From a virus (Duplodnaviria; Caudoviricetes): a stretch of DNA of 64,000 nucleotides. Positions 8,553 through 16,928 of this stretch are shown in pieces. The DNA is taken from positions 3,595-67,594 of the IMG/VR virus record IMGVR_UViG_3300012952_000023; one strand, written 5' to 3'. Position 1 is the stretch's first letter; each line of letters opens with the position of its first letter. The position numbers and the translations under genes were made by a program. Under the pieces are notes generated by a model. That model made no database searches. It saw nothing but the letters and a program-made list of their open reading frames with translations, and was not told the origin of the DNA.

Positions 8553-10808
8553 ATGAGCAAGCCTAAATCAGAGCGTTTCCGCCGCATCTTAGAAGCAGCA
8601 CGAAAAAGAGATGGTCAGAGCGGAACTGACACGATGATCGTGAATAGTCATCTAGCCCAGATGAAACTATTCATGCTAAGACAAGGTTTAGAATTTTATC
8701 CAGCCCAAGATACTTTCGGTTTCAGGAAAGCCTTCTTGAGTGAGTTAATTATCGAAAATGAAATTGATACGCGTTTAGAAGGTATTGTTGATGATTTTCT
8801 GATTGACGGTAAAGGTCTTTTTTATTTCAGGCCTATTAACGAGTCATATCGTTTAATGTGGTTTAGCAAGGATAACTATAGAGCTTATTACGATGCGGAA
8901 GGGAATCTAGAAGAGATCGAGTTAATTTATTCTTTTGATGTTAAAAACACCTTAGGTGCATTAGCAATGCCTGGGGATAACGGTAGTAAAAGGTATGTAA
9001 AATTACAGGTCAAAAAAGATCTTATTAAAGAAACGATCACAACCGAGAAGCCATCGTTCGATGGAGGACCTTTAAACACGAGTTATTCGCCTAACAAAAC
9101 CAGAACTCTTACCAATAGCTTAGGTTTTATCCCAGCAGTTGAATCGTTTAATACGATGAGAGCAACTGGAATGGATGCTTCTGGTGACTTTGATTGGCTA
9201 GCAGATCAGATTGTTTTACATGATGACTTAGTCAAGAACATTAGAACTAATATTCATTTCTTTGGAAATCCAACTTTAGTCTCAAGTAGACCTAAACATG
9301 ATTTAGTAGAGTCAGGAGATGAAGAGCAATTAAGACCTACAATCAGCTCTCAGGCTGGTTTCTTTTCTGCTGATAGAGCATCCACACGAGTGAGCCAACC
9401 AGGTGGTAGCGGTGGTGGTAGTGGCATGAAGGTTCCAAGACTAATAGCTAATGTTGAACCCTCTGACCGGGCTGTTTATTTAACTCCTGATGCCGTTTCG
9501 GGGGATCAGAATCTTTACGCAAGGCAATATAGAGAAGAAGTAAGAACAGCTTTAGGAGGAGTAGACGAATTAGGTATTAGCTCTGGAGCAACAGCATATG
9601 AAATTAAATCTTTATACGGTCGAGCTGCTACAACAGCATCAAGGCGTTGTAAAGGATTACTGACGTATGGCTTGTGTAAATTACTGTCTTTGATTATCTT
9701 CCATGAGGAAAAATTATTTAGAGAATCATTTGCTGTAGCAGTTGGATTAGAAAGACCTTTACCTCCTTTGCAAGAACTATATCCTGACACATTGTTATAT
9801 AATCAAGCATTGATGGAATACAAAGCGAATTTAGGCGTTCACGAAAACGAAGTAGAAATCGCTATTAGCGCCGCTGTCGAAAATGCTGAATTACCTCGAG
9901 GAGTCGTCGGGCTAGTTCCTGATGGCGATAGGAAAATTGAATGGAGATGGAAAGGCCCAGTGTTCGAGGACAGCACAGAGGATATACTGAATTCAAGTAT
10001 CGTTGTTAGAAACCTTCAAGAACTTGGTGTTAATAGCATCGAAGCTTTAAGGCATCTCTTCCCTAATAAAACAGACGAAGAACGCAGCGCAATGCTTAGT
10101 GGCTATCCATTTAGAATGGCTCAAGCTACTCAAAGCAGTATTAACACATTCCTGTCGCTGATAGACAATATGCGACGGATACCTCATCCGCAGGCTCCAG
10201 ACCTGCCGATGTTAAGCGACCCAAAACTCGATTTGACACCATTTGTCTATCGAGCAATGGATTATTTAAAACGAGAATTAACCTATGCAGGACAGTACAA
10301 CGACTCCACAGGCGGTGGCGACCCCTCAACCCTCGATTCCCTCGAGCGCGCCCGTGTCGACGCCGGTTTACCAGCAAGCTCCACCCCAGACCGCCCAAGC
10401 TTCACCCCAGACACCTACGGTGGACTCGACTCCCCAGGTGGCACAACAGGCGGCTCCACAGGCGGTCAATCCTTGGCAGGAGGCGTACAACAGGTTGTCA
10501 GAGAACCTGAGCACTCAGCAGCCCTCCCAACCGCAGGCAGCTTACTCAACACCGACCCCACAGACTCCAGTACCGGCGGTCTCGCAGGCAGCGCCTCAAG
10601 GTTACCAAGCGGCTCCATCAATTTCGGGGACCCCGACCTCATGGCCCCAAGCAACGCAGGCTTATTCACAGCAGGTAGCACCCCAGGCGGTAGCACCCCA
10701 GCAGGTGCAGCCCCAGTTGACACAGGAACAGGTGCAGAGCTTGCAAGCAGAGCAGAACGCACCAAGTCCAGACGCGTATCTAGGAAGCGTAAGCAAAGAA
10801 AGTCTTGA
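8553..10808 (+). CDS. Portal protein (putative), with a low-complexity C-terminal extension overlapping the next gene
   Basis: 751 aa, directly after terL and before a scaffold-like gene; largely helical. Confidence 0.7.
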   Translation: MSKPKSERFRRILEAARKRDGQSGTDTMIVNSHLAQMKLFMLRQGLEFYPAQDTFGFRKAFLSELIIENEIDTRLEGIVDDFLIDGKGLFYFRPINESYRLMWFSKDNYRAYYDAEGNLEEIELIYSFDVKNTLGALAMPGDNGSKRYVKLQVKKDLIKETITTEKPSFDGGPLNTSYSPNKTRTLTNSLGFIPAVESFNTMRATGMDASGDFDWLADQIVLHDDLVKNIRTNIHFFGNPTLVSSRPKHDLVESGDEEQLRPTISSQAGFFSADRASTRVSQPGGSGGGSGMKVPRLIANVEPSDRAVYLTPDAVSGDQNLYARQYREEVRTALGGVDELGISSGATAYEIKSLYGRAATTASRRCKGLLTYGLCKLLSLIIFHEEKLFRESFAVAVGLERPLPPLQELYPDTLLYNQALMEYKANLGVHENEVEIAISAAVENAELPRGVVGLVPDGDRKIEWRWKGPVFEDSTEDILNSSIVVRNLQELGVNSIEALRHLFPNKTDEERSAMLSGYPFRMAQATQSSINTFLSLIDNMRRIPHPQAPDLPMLSDPKLDLTPFVYRAMDYLKRELTYAGQYNDSTGGGDPSTLDSLERARVDAGLPASSTPDRPSFTPDTYGGLDSPGGTTGGSTGGQSLAGGVQQVVREPEHSAALPTAGSLLNTDPTDSSTGGLAGSASRLPSGSINFGDPDLMAPSNAGLFTAGSTPGGSTPAGAAPVDTGTGAELASRAERTKSRRVSRKRKQRKS

Positions 10809-11421
10809 AGTATTAAATCACTTCGGAGCAGAAGCACCAGCATTATTAAATAGATATGCTTGTGTAGTTGAAGATGCTTTATTAACTCAAGCTAAGCAGA
10901 CATCTGAAACCTTAGAAAAGGTTCAGGCAATGCAAGGCTCTTTAGATAAAGCTAAAAAAGTGATTGGTGCAGCAGCAGAAGACAATGCTGCATACCATGT
11001 AATGTTGACTAACCCTGAAATGCTTTCTTCTTACGTCAACGAATTCTTCGGTCCAGAAGGTCCTTATCCGACTGAATTAGCTCGTGATCGCCTAGCAGCA
11101 GAAGTCGCTGCAGGGGAACAGCGTTTCCAACCTCAAGCAGCCCCACAAGCTCCAGCTCCTTCACAAGCTCCAGCTCCACAGGCTCAGGTAGCTCCACAAG
11201 CTCAGGTAGCTCCACAGTCTCCAGCTCCACAGGCTCCACAGGCTCCAGAATTCCAACGTCCTCAACTTGATATGCCAGCTCCTGGTGTTCAAGCCGGATC
11301 TGATGACTTCTGGTCTGCTTTCTCTAATATGAGTGATAGCAATCCTGCTGAAGCTTGGAAGGTTCTTACTTCTGCATCTCCAGATGCATTACGTAGTAAG
11401 GTTCTAGTTTCCGAAGCTTAG
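10285..11421 (+). CDS. Capsid scaffolding protein (putative)
   Basis: P/Q/A-rich disordered arms around a helical core; follows the portal; ends at a terminator. Confidence 0.6.
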   Translation: MQDSTTTPQAVATPQPSIPSSAPVSTPVYQQAPPQTAQASPQTPTVDSTPQVAQQAAPQAVNPWQEAYNRLSENLSTQQPSQPQAAYSTPTPQTPVPAVSQAAPQGYQAAPSISGTPTSWPQATQAYSQQVAPQAVAPQQVQPQLTQEQVQSLQAEQNAPSPDAYLGSVSKESLEVLNHFGAEAPALLNRYACVVEDALLTQAKQTSETLEKVQAMQGSLDKAKKVIGAAAEDNAAYHVMLTNPEMLSSYVNEFFGPEGPYPTELARDRLAAEVAAGEQRFQPQAAPQAPAPSQAPAPQAQVAPQAQVAPQSPAPQAPQAPEFQRPQLDMPAPGVQAGSDDFWSAFSNMSDSNPAEAWKVLTSASPDALRSKVLVSEA

Positions 11422-11430
11422 TCGTTACGT

Positions 11431-11453
11431 GGCCTCGTTTTTCGAGGCCTTTT
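11431..11453 (+). terminator. Rho-independent terminator
   Basis: GGCCTCG-TTTTT-CGAGGCC followed by TTTT. Confidence 0.75.
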
Positions 11454-11457
11454 ATTT

Positions 11458-11790
11458 ATGACAGCAAATGTAAGAAGACCGTCTCACTTGACGGATCCAT
11501 CAGGTACTCCCAGTTCAGATGGGACAGGAACGGCTGTTCAACAAATGACAGCCGCCGAAAGGGTAAATGCAGCTACAGCAAATCCTCAGTACATGAGTGC
11601 TTTTGAAAGGGCGGCAAAAGATGCAATGTTGGAAGTAAGCGATAAGGATCTTAAGGCCAACGCCGTTGCAGCTCATTATCAGGAAGGTGTGAAAGATTTA
11701 ATTACATTGAATCAGCACAATAAAGTCTTAGAAGCAGATATCGCTCAATCTGGACTCACTCCAGAAGCTTACGCTGCATCTATTGGATAG
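11458..11790 (+). CDS. Hypothetical protein
   Basis: 110-aa ORF. Confidence 0.55.
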   Translation: MTANVRRPSHLTDPSGTPSSDGTGTAVQQMTAAERVNAATANPQYMSAFERAAKDAMLEVSDKDLKANAVAAHYQEGVKDLITLNQHNKVLEADIAQSGLTPEAYAASIG

Positions 11791-11824
11791 CAGATTAAAC
11801 TAAAGGTATTCTTTCCTCGTCTAC

Positions 11825-12097
11825 ATGAGGGTAGCTGGTGATTCTGATTTTCATGACGCGCTAGCTGAAGAGTGGGGCGAGGAAGTTTTTCCTGTTAACG
11901 ATAAATCAGATTCCTTTCTTCATTTATACGAATTACTTGTTTCTAAAGGCTACAGTGAATCGTACGCTGAAGAAGTGGCTATTGGAATGCTGGAAGGACG
12001 TGAGCCAATGGCGAAAGAAACGACAAGATTCGCTCGTATCTACAAAGATACACCCCCTAGCGATAGATTTTGCGGCTCATCTAATACAGAGTCTTGA
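11825..12097 (+). CDS. Hypothetical acidic protein
   Basis: 90-aa ORF whose 3' end overlaps the endolysin start. Confidence 0.5.
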   Translation: MRVAGDSDFHDALAEEWGEEVFPVNDKSDSFLHLYELLVSKGYSESYAEEVAIGMLEGREPMAKETTRFARIYKDTPPSDRFCGSSNTES

Positions 12098-13208
12098 GGG
12101 ATGCGAGAAGGATGCTTACCTAGATCCCTTAGGGATTCCTACTATTTGTACTGGATTAACTCGCTACCCTGATGGAACCCATGTAATGATGGGTGATACA
12201 TGTCATTTCGATATATGTAGTAGTTATCTGAAACAAGAATTACTCAAGAATATTGTACCTGTTTTAGGGGTTCTTCCTGATTGGAATTATTTCGGTTACA
12301 AGAGGCAGGCAGTTTTAATAAGTTTCGCATGGAATTTCGGTGCGAAGTTTTATGAGGATAGCAAATATGAGGAGATAACAAAGATACTATTTGAAGGCTT
12401 CCAGTATCCTGAGAAGTATCAGGAGATACCTGCAATCTTAAATCTGTACATTAAAGATAAAGATGTTATTCTTCCTGGGTTAGTCAATCGTCGTAAAATC
12501 GAAGGTATTATGTGGACTCAAGAATCAGACGGTCAAATGACTTTTATTAGTCGTAAAGATACTGATCTCAAAAAAGCACCTATTAGCAGTCGCTTTTTAT
12601 CAACAGCAGGAAAAGTAGAGTGTAAGCAGGGAGCGACAATTAAAGTTACAAGGGTTGAGGAAATACCAGGAGAAAATTACTCATGGGTTCGCTTCGAAGG
12701 TAGTGGAGACAGGTGGGCAATTTATATGCCAGATTGGAGAGAAAAAAGCTCGAGAAATTCTCAAGAAGAAGATGGTATTAATTGGTTGGATTTTGCTTGT
12801 CCTGTCGGAAAATATTTAACAGCTGGTGAAATTTTGCAATATGACGCACGAAGAGTTCCTGAGGTGGGTAGTGAAATAGAGAAGACATTAATTAACACTT
12901 GCAGGGAATACGATAAAATTCGTGACGCTTGGGGAGAGCCTTTAGGAGTTACCAGCTTTTACAGGCCTGAACCAATCAACAGAGAGTGTGGAGGGAGCGA
13001 GAAATCTCATCACGTACTAGGCACAGCAATGGATATTTATACTATCGATGGCAGGACATTAGATAAGTTTCACCTATGGCTTGTACAACGATGGGATGGA
13101 GGTTATGGAGATTACAGAAGTAAAGGATTTATACATATAGATGTTCGAAATGGTCAAGGATTTAAATCTCAACCTGGGGGAAAACCTAAGTTTTTATGGG
13201 GCTTTTAA
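11937..13208 (+). CDS. Two-domain endolysin: GH24 (T4-type) lysozyme plus C-terminal peptidase M15
   Basis: E-x8-D-x5-T triad (E-GCEKDAYL-D-PLGIP-T) and GLVNRRKIE. C-terminal TSFYRPEPINRECGGSEKSHHVLGTAMD...GFIHIDVR. True start uncertain, possibly GTG at 12000. Confidence 0.88.
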   Translation: MFLKATVNRTLKKWLLECWKDVSQWRKKRQDSLVSTKIHPLAIDFAAHLIQSLEGCEKDAYLDPLGIPTICTGLTRYPDGTHVMMGDTCHFDICSSYLKQELLKNIVPVLGVLPDWNYFGYKRQAVLISFAWNFGAKFYEDSKYEEITKILFEGFQYPEKYQEIPAILNLYIKDKDVILPGLVNRRKIEGIMWTQESDGQMTFISRKDTDLKKAPISSRFLSTAGKVECKQGATIKVTRVEEIPGENYSWVRFEGSGDRWAIYMPDWREKSSRNSQEEDGINWLDFACPVGKYLTAGEILQYDARRVPEVGSEIEKTLINTCREYDKIRDAWGEPLGVTSFYRPEPINRECGGSEKSHHVLGTAMDIYTIDGRTLDKFHLWLVQRWDGGYGDYRSKGFIHIDVRNGQGFKSQPGGKPKFLWGF

Positions 13209-14221
13209 CGGTAGTAACGGTCGTATTGTGGATTAGAGTCTTTCGGTTGAGGGGTTGGTTGCAATAGTTGATTAGTTCCTACACCTATACCGACACCTAG
13301 TAGCCCAGCCAATATTTGGTCGTCAAAGCCTTTTGCTAAAGGAGTACCAGAACTGGTTGTTTTAGTTGTTTTTTCTTCTACTTTTTTAATCGTTTTATCG
13401 GTTGTTTCTTTTAAGTCTTTAGTTTTAGCTTTTTCAGCTTTAGAAGGAACTATCTTTTTATCTGAGGACTTCCTTTTTGGTTTAGGTAATGCAGTCGTAT
13501 TTTTAGTTACCTTTGGTTTAGCAGGAGTTGCTTTAACGGGCTTTTGAGGTGTCGGAATTAAAGGGTTTTGAGTATCAGTTGTATTAGATGTGACTAGGGG
13601 CTTTTGGGGTGTATTTATCGGGTTATTGTTTTGAGGTTGTAAAACTTGATCAGTAAAAGATAAATTTTCAGTTACTACGGGTTGAGTCCTAGGTTCGTTT
13701 TGGTTAGTTAGAATTTCCCATTCAGCCTGTCTCTTAGAGTCATCGTAAAAATCATTCCATGCCTCCTCAGATCCTTCTGGAGAAATATATTCTTCTAACT
13801 GTTTCTTTCTGTTGTCCGTGAGCTTCTCAGGTGTTGGGATGCCTGGTGTTTGCTCCTGTATTTGATCTACTTGAGGTAATGGCTTGCTTCTTTCTAACGT
13901 GTCTCTATTTGCAGGCAAGCTAGCTTTAATTGGCGGAGGAGAAACAGCGTCAACCACATTAGTTGGATCTCTTCCTGTATCTCTAAATCCTTGAGCAATG
14001 GCTCGGTCTCTCAGAGTCGTTCCAGTTACTACCCTTCCAGTATCAGCCAGTGCTCTTTGAGCTATACCTTTGACTCCCGATAAACTTGCTTGAGTAATGG
14101 AACTAACGCTAGGCTCTCCTATAGCTTGGTTGACGAGGTTACCGAATTTTTGGAATTGCTGGTTACCGGCTTTCTGCCGATACATTTCCCGTACTAGTTT
14201 TGTTCTTCTATTAAGAGTCAT
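13205..14221 (-). CDS. Hypothetical P/T/K-rich protein
   Basis: 338-aa ORF with an internal duplication (NPINTPQKP / NPLIPTPQKP). Confidence 0.6.
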   Translation of the reverse strand: MTLNRRTKLVREMYRQKAGNQQFQKFGNLVNQAIGEPSVSSITQASLSGVKGIAQRALADTGRVVTGTTLRDRAIAQGFRDTGRDPTNVVDAVSPPPIKASLPANRDTLERSKPLPQVDQIQEQTPGIPTPEKLTDNRKKQLEEYISPEGSEEAWNDFYDDSKRQAEWEILTNQNEPRTQPVVTENLSFTDQVLQPQNNNPINTPQKPLVTSNTTDTQNPLIPTPQKPVKATPAKPKVTKNTTALPKPKRKSSDKKIVPSKAEKAKTKDLKETTDKTIKKVEEKTTKTTSSGTPLAKGFDDQILAGLLGVGIGVGTNQLLQPTPQPKDSNPQYDRYYR

Positions 14222-14644
14222 CTAGACCACCTTAATACCTAAGGCATTAGCGTTGAATTGAACTGTATCACCTGATTGAACATCGACTGATGTTGTCAAG
14301 GCTCCAGAAGCGATAAAGTTTCCAGAAGTCTGGGCATCCCATAATCCGAAGTGGGTCAAGGTTTGTTGTGTCCCATTCTGTGCGTTAGGAGTTATTTGCA
14401 CGGTATTGGTATTTTTGATCTCGAAACCACTAGGAGAAGCTCCTGTTACTCCGGTGAATGCAGAAGAGTTTATTGCTGTTCTATTAGCATTACCAGTGAC
14501 CGTTAATGTTACGTCACTAGAAGTACCAGCAGTGCCAGGATCGCCAGTATGGATGCTGACGTAGACATTACTTAGTTGCGTTGGAAATGAAGATCCTTTA
14601 ATCCAATTCAGGATCTTTTGACCAAAATACTGGGAAAACGCCAT
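14222..14644 (-). CDS. Small beta-rich tail-associated structural protein
   Basis: Pattern AFSQYF...ILNW...VYVSIHTGDPG...THFGLWDAQTSGNFIASGAL...GDTVQF, typical of a widespread phage tail fibre-associated family. Confidence 0.65.
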   Translation of the reverse strand: MAFSQYFGQKILNWIKGSSFPTQLSNVYVSIHTGDPGTAGTSSDVTLTVTGNANRTAINSSAFTGVTGASPSGFEIKNTNTVQITPNAQNGTQQTLTHFGLWDAQTSGNFIASGALTTSVDVQSGDTVQFNANALGIKVV

Positions 14645-14702
14645 ACTGCAGTTAACTCTTCGTCATTTACTATTTTGACAGCTCTTGAGAGGTGACTATT
14701 AT

Positions 14703-15497
14703 TTAGTACCCACCGCTCGGAGAGGATACTGTTAGCGTAGCGTAATTAGACGATGTCAGCTCAGACGTCGCTGAAGGAATACGGTGATACATCAACATGC
14801 GACCATAAGGTTCAAATCTACCTACAGCTGTTCCAACTGAGTTGATGATAATAACCCCATAACTCTCTTTATTACCTGTTGTAGAGCCCTCTAGAGCCTT
14901 AATAGTTGAAGGAGCAGGGAAGGTTCCATATGTCCCGTCAGACAGTAAAGCGATTCCAACTCCTTTTACTAACGGTATGCGACTGGTTGGAATGAGAGAG
15001 CCAGAAGCTGTACCGTAGAGCTGAAGATAGCGAATGACTTCTAAATTGATACTATAAGGAACGGATTGCCACTGCGAAGAAGTAATTGTGTAATAAAAAA
15101 TCCCAGGAGGAAGTTGCAAAAGATTTTCATTCACGGTTGTATTAACTAGATCGTTGCGATACGCAAAACCATCCCCTGTTAAAGGCATTGGTTTTCTATT
15201 TTCATCTAACACGCCTAGCGACAAATATTTATCTGTGTATTTATTGATAGGATTACTTGTAATTCGAATATCAGATTGACCTTCAGTAACCACTTTGAAA
15301 TATAAAGTGTTAGTTCCCGATTCGGATCCAATATTACCTGTTATAACGACATTTAAATTATCAACCGATCCTAGGTCTTTAGCCTTGCTGATTGAATTGA
15401 ATTTGACATGCTCAAGTCTAAGAAAAGAGGGGGAAGTTTTACTGCTCCCCCCGTAAGAATCAGATATTTTGTTTAAAGCTGTCGTTACCGAGGTCAT
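14703..15497 (-). CDS. Putative tail/structural protein
   Basis: 264-aa S/T/G-rich beta-type composition, co-directional with 14222..14644. Confidence 0.5.
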   Translation of the reverse strand: MTSVTTALNKISDSYGGSSKTSPSFLRLEHVKFNSISKAKDLGSVDNLNVVITGNIGSESGTNTLYFKVVTEGQSDIRITSNPINKYTDKYLSLGVLDENRKPMPLTGDGFAYRNDLVNTTVNENLLQLPPGIFYYTITSSQWQSVPYSINLEVIRYLQLYGTASGSLIPTSRIPLVKGVGIALLSDGTYGTFPAPSTIKALEGSTTGNKESYGVIIINSVGTAVGRFEPYGRMLMYHRIPSATSELTSSNYATLTVSSPSGGY

Positions 15498-15549
15498 TGA
15501 GTCGGCATAAAAGTCCTTCTTTACTTGAATCTTACTCGATATAAGAAAT

Positions 15550-15627
15550 CAGGGGACGCCACACGATAGCTAGTCGCCTGGCGTTCTGTTTAAGACTTAA
15601 AGAAACTACAAAAATTTAAGTCCCCTG
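15550..15627. other. Intergenic structured element (three-way-junction-like inverted repeats)
   Basis: CAGGGGAC/GTCCCCTG (15550-57/15620-27), GACGCCA/TGGCGTT and GACTTAAA/TTTAAGTC. Confidence 0.45.
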
Positions 15628-15665
15628 TTTAGCTGCCTCTGACGTAGTTCTTCTTCGAGGCTCTC

Positions 15666-16238
15666 TCAGCGTAACTTCTTTTTCATCGCATGGTGAACCG
15701 CAGGAGTAATTGTATCTATTAGTGTTTCTAATGCTTCTCTATTTAGAGATAATTGAAAAATCGCTGATTGGTTTTGTCTTGGATAACATTTTATATTCCA
15801 GTAATCTTGTAGCCATTGAGATAGATTTTCGTATTCTTGATCTGAATACTTTCCTTTTATTGACCCTTTACGTCCAATGATTCTGCCTTGGTCGATCCAT
15901 AAAGAAGTTAATCCATGTATTCCTGCAAGTTGTAGTGCTTGACTAGATAGGTACGCAATGTCTTGTGGATACAATATTTCGTATACCCTCCATAAATGGT
16001 CACTATGCAAGCGTAATCGCTCCTTGTCATAGTAAGTGTCAGTCGCTAGTCGATCCCAAAAGACTTCTAAAGGGGTGACATGTAATTTACGTAATGTTCT
16101 TAATTGATGATTAAGGTATGTTTTATCAACCTCAGACCTAGATATTTCAAGCCAAGGCCTTTTGTTCTTGCCCTTGAGCGATACTTTCCCTTTGCCCAAG
16201 CAATAACTCAGTGCGCGCACTACGAATCGAGCTTGCAT
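15666..16238 (-). CDS. LAGLIDADG-like endonuclease homologue with degenerate catalytic motifs
   Basis: Motif 1 ALSYCLGKG and motif 2 LTSLWIDQG, against the usual LGDG and WxMDDG. Confidence 0.65.
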   Translation of the reverse strand: MQARFVVRALSYCLGKGKVSLKGKNKRPWLEISRSEVDKTYLNHQLRTLRKLHVTPLEVFWDRLATDTYYDKERLRLHSDHLWRVYEILYPQDIAYLSSQALQLAGIHGLTSLWIDQGRIIGRKGSIKGKYSDQEYENLSQWLQDYWNIKCYPRQNQSAIFQLSLNREALETLIDTITPAVHHAMKKKLR

Positions 16239-16848
16239 TCCAAGTTTCTCCTGTGAATAAGTGTTGTCTAGATTTAGGGGCGTAAGGCAGTAATATAGAT
16301 TTTATTTTTTGAGTCTGTTCAGCTGTAAAGGACAGGCGAGGACGAATATAGTAACGATTCATAGTTGCACAGGCTCCAGTCAGCGTTTCCAACCATTGAG
16401 AGACTAACTGAGCCTCTTCTTCAGTGCTGCCTACTCTTGCTAGATTTGTTGCTCCTTTTTCTAGCTGCCTAGAACCTTCTGCCCACATCCACGCAGCAGC
16501 CTCCCCTCCAAGTAAACCTAGCGTCGCTTTAGTTATTTGTCTTTCCCCTCGAGGATATAAGAGATTATGTATGGGTCTTAATTTATTAGTCGATACTCTA
16601 AAACGAAGAATTGGAGTTGTTTGACCGTTGGCTCGAGGAGTTGTCTTATAGGGAACAATTTTTGCTTTTGTTGGGATAAATTGCCTGAATTCTTTAACTT
16701 TCTCTTCGAGAAAAGCTGATTCAGAAGGTCCCGCTGTGAGCGTTAATTGAACATAACCTCCTCCAGGAGTGCGATAAGAAACAAGGCTGCCATCTGCGAG
16801 CAATAATCCAAGTAATCCTCGAACGTCTATTGCGTCCAAAAGTTTCAC
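16147..16848 (-). CDS. LAGLIDADG-family homing endonuclease-like protein
   Basis: Motif 1 GLLGLLLADGS, motif 2 AAWMWAEGS; YRFRVST-like strand RFRVSTNKLRPIHNLLYP. Confidence 0.72.
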   Translation of the reverse strand: MKLLDAIDVRGLLGLLLADGSLVSYRTPGGGYVQLTLTAGPSESAFLEEKVKEFRQFIPTKAKIVPYKTTPRANGQTTPILRFRVSTNKLRPIHNLLYPRGERQITKATLGLLGGEAAAWMWAEGSRQLEKGATNLARVGSTEEEAQLVSQWLETLTGACATMNRYYIRPRLSFTAEQTQKIKSILLPYAPKSRQHLFTGETWNASSIRSARTELLLGQRESIAQGQEQKALA

Positions 16849-16873
16849 CCTACGTACTTCATTTATAGTAGTG

Positions 16874-16894
16874 ATGACACGTCGATAGTGTCAT
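16874..16894. promoter_or_regulatory. Inverted repeat between the divergent LAGLIDADG and capsid genes
   Basis: ATGACAC-GTCGATA-GTGTCAT, perfect 7-bp arms. Confidence 0.5.
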
Positions 16895-16928
16895 TAAATT
16901 TCTATAAGCTACGGAGTGATTGCGATCC

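Noticed and set aside
10466-10843. Third ORF (minus strand) across the portal/scaffold overlap
   Set aside because: Absence of stops is expected from the C-rich, low-complexity dual-coding region; no start context or motif
15550-15627. Hammerhead ribozyme or group I intron at the three-way junction
   Set aside because: No CUGAUGA/GAAA core and no P7-type conserved elements on either strand
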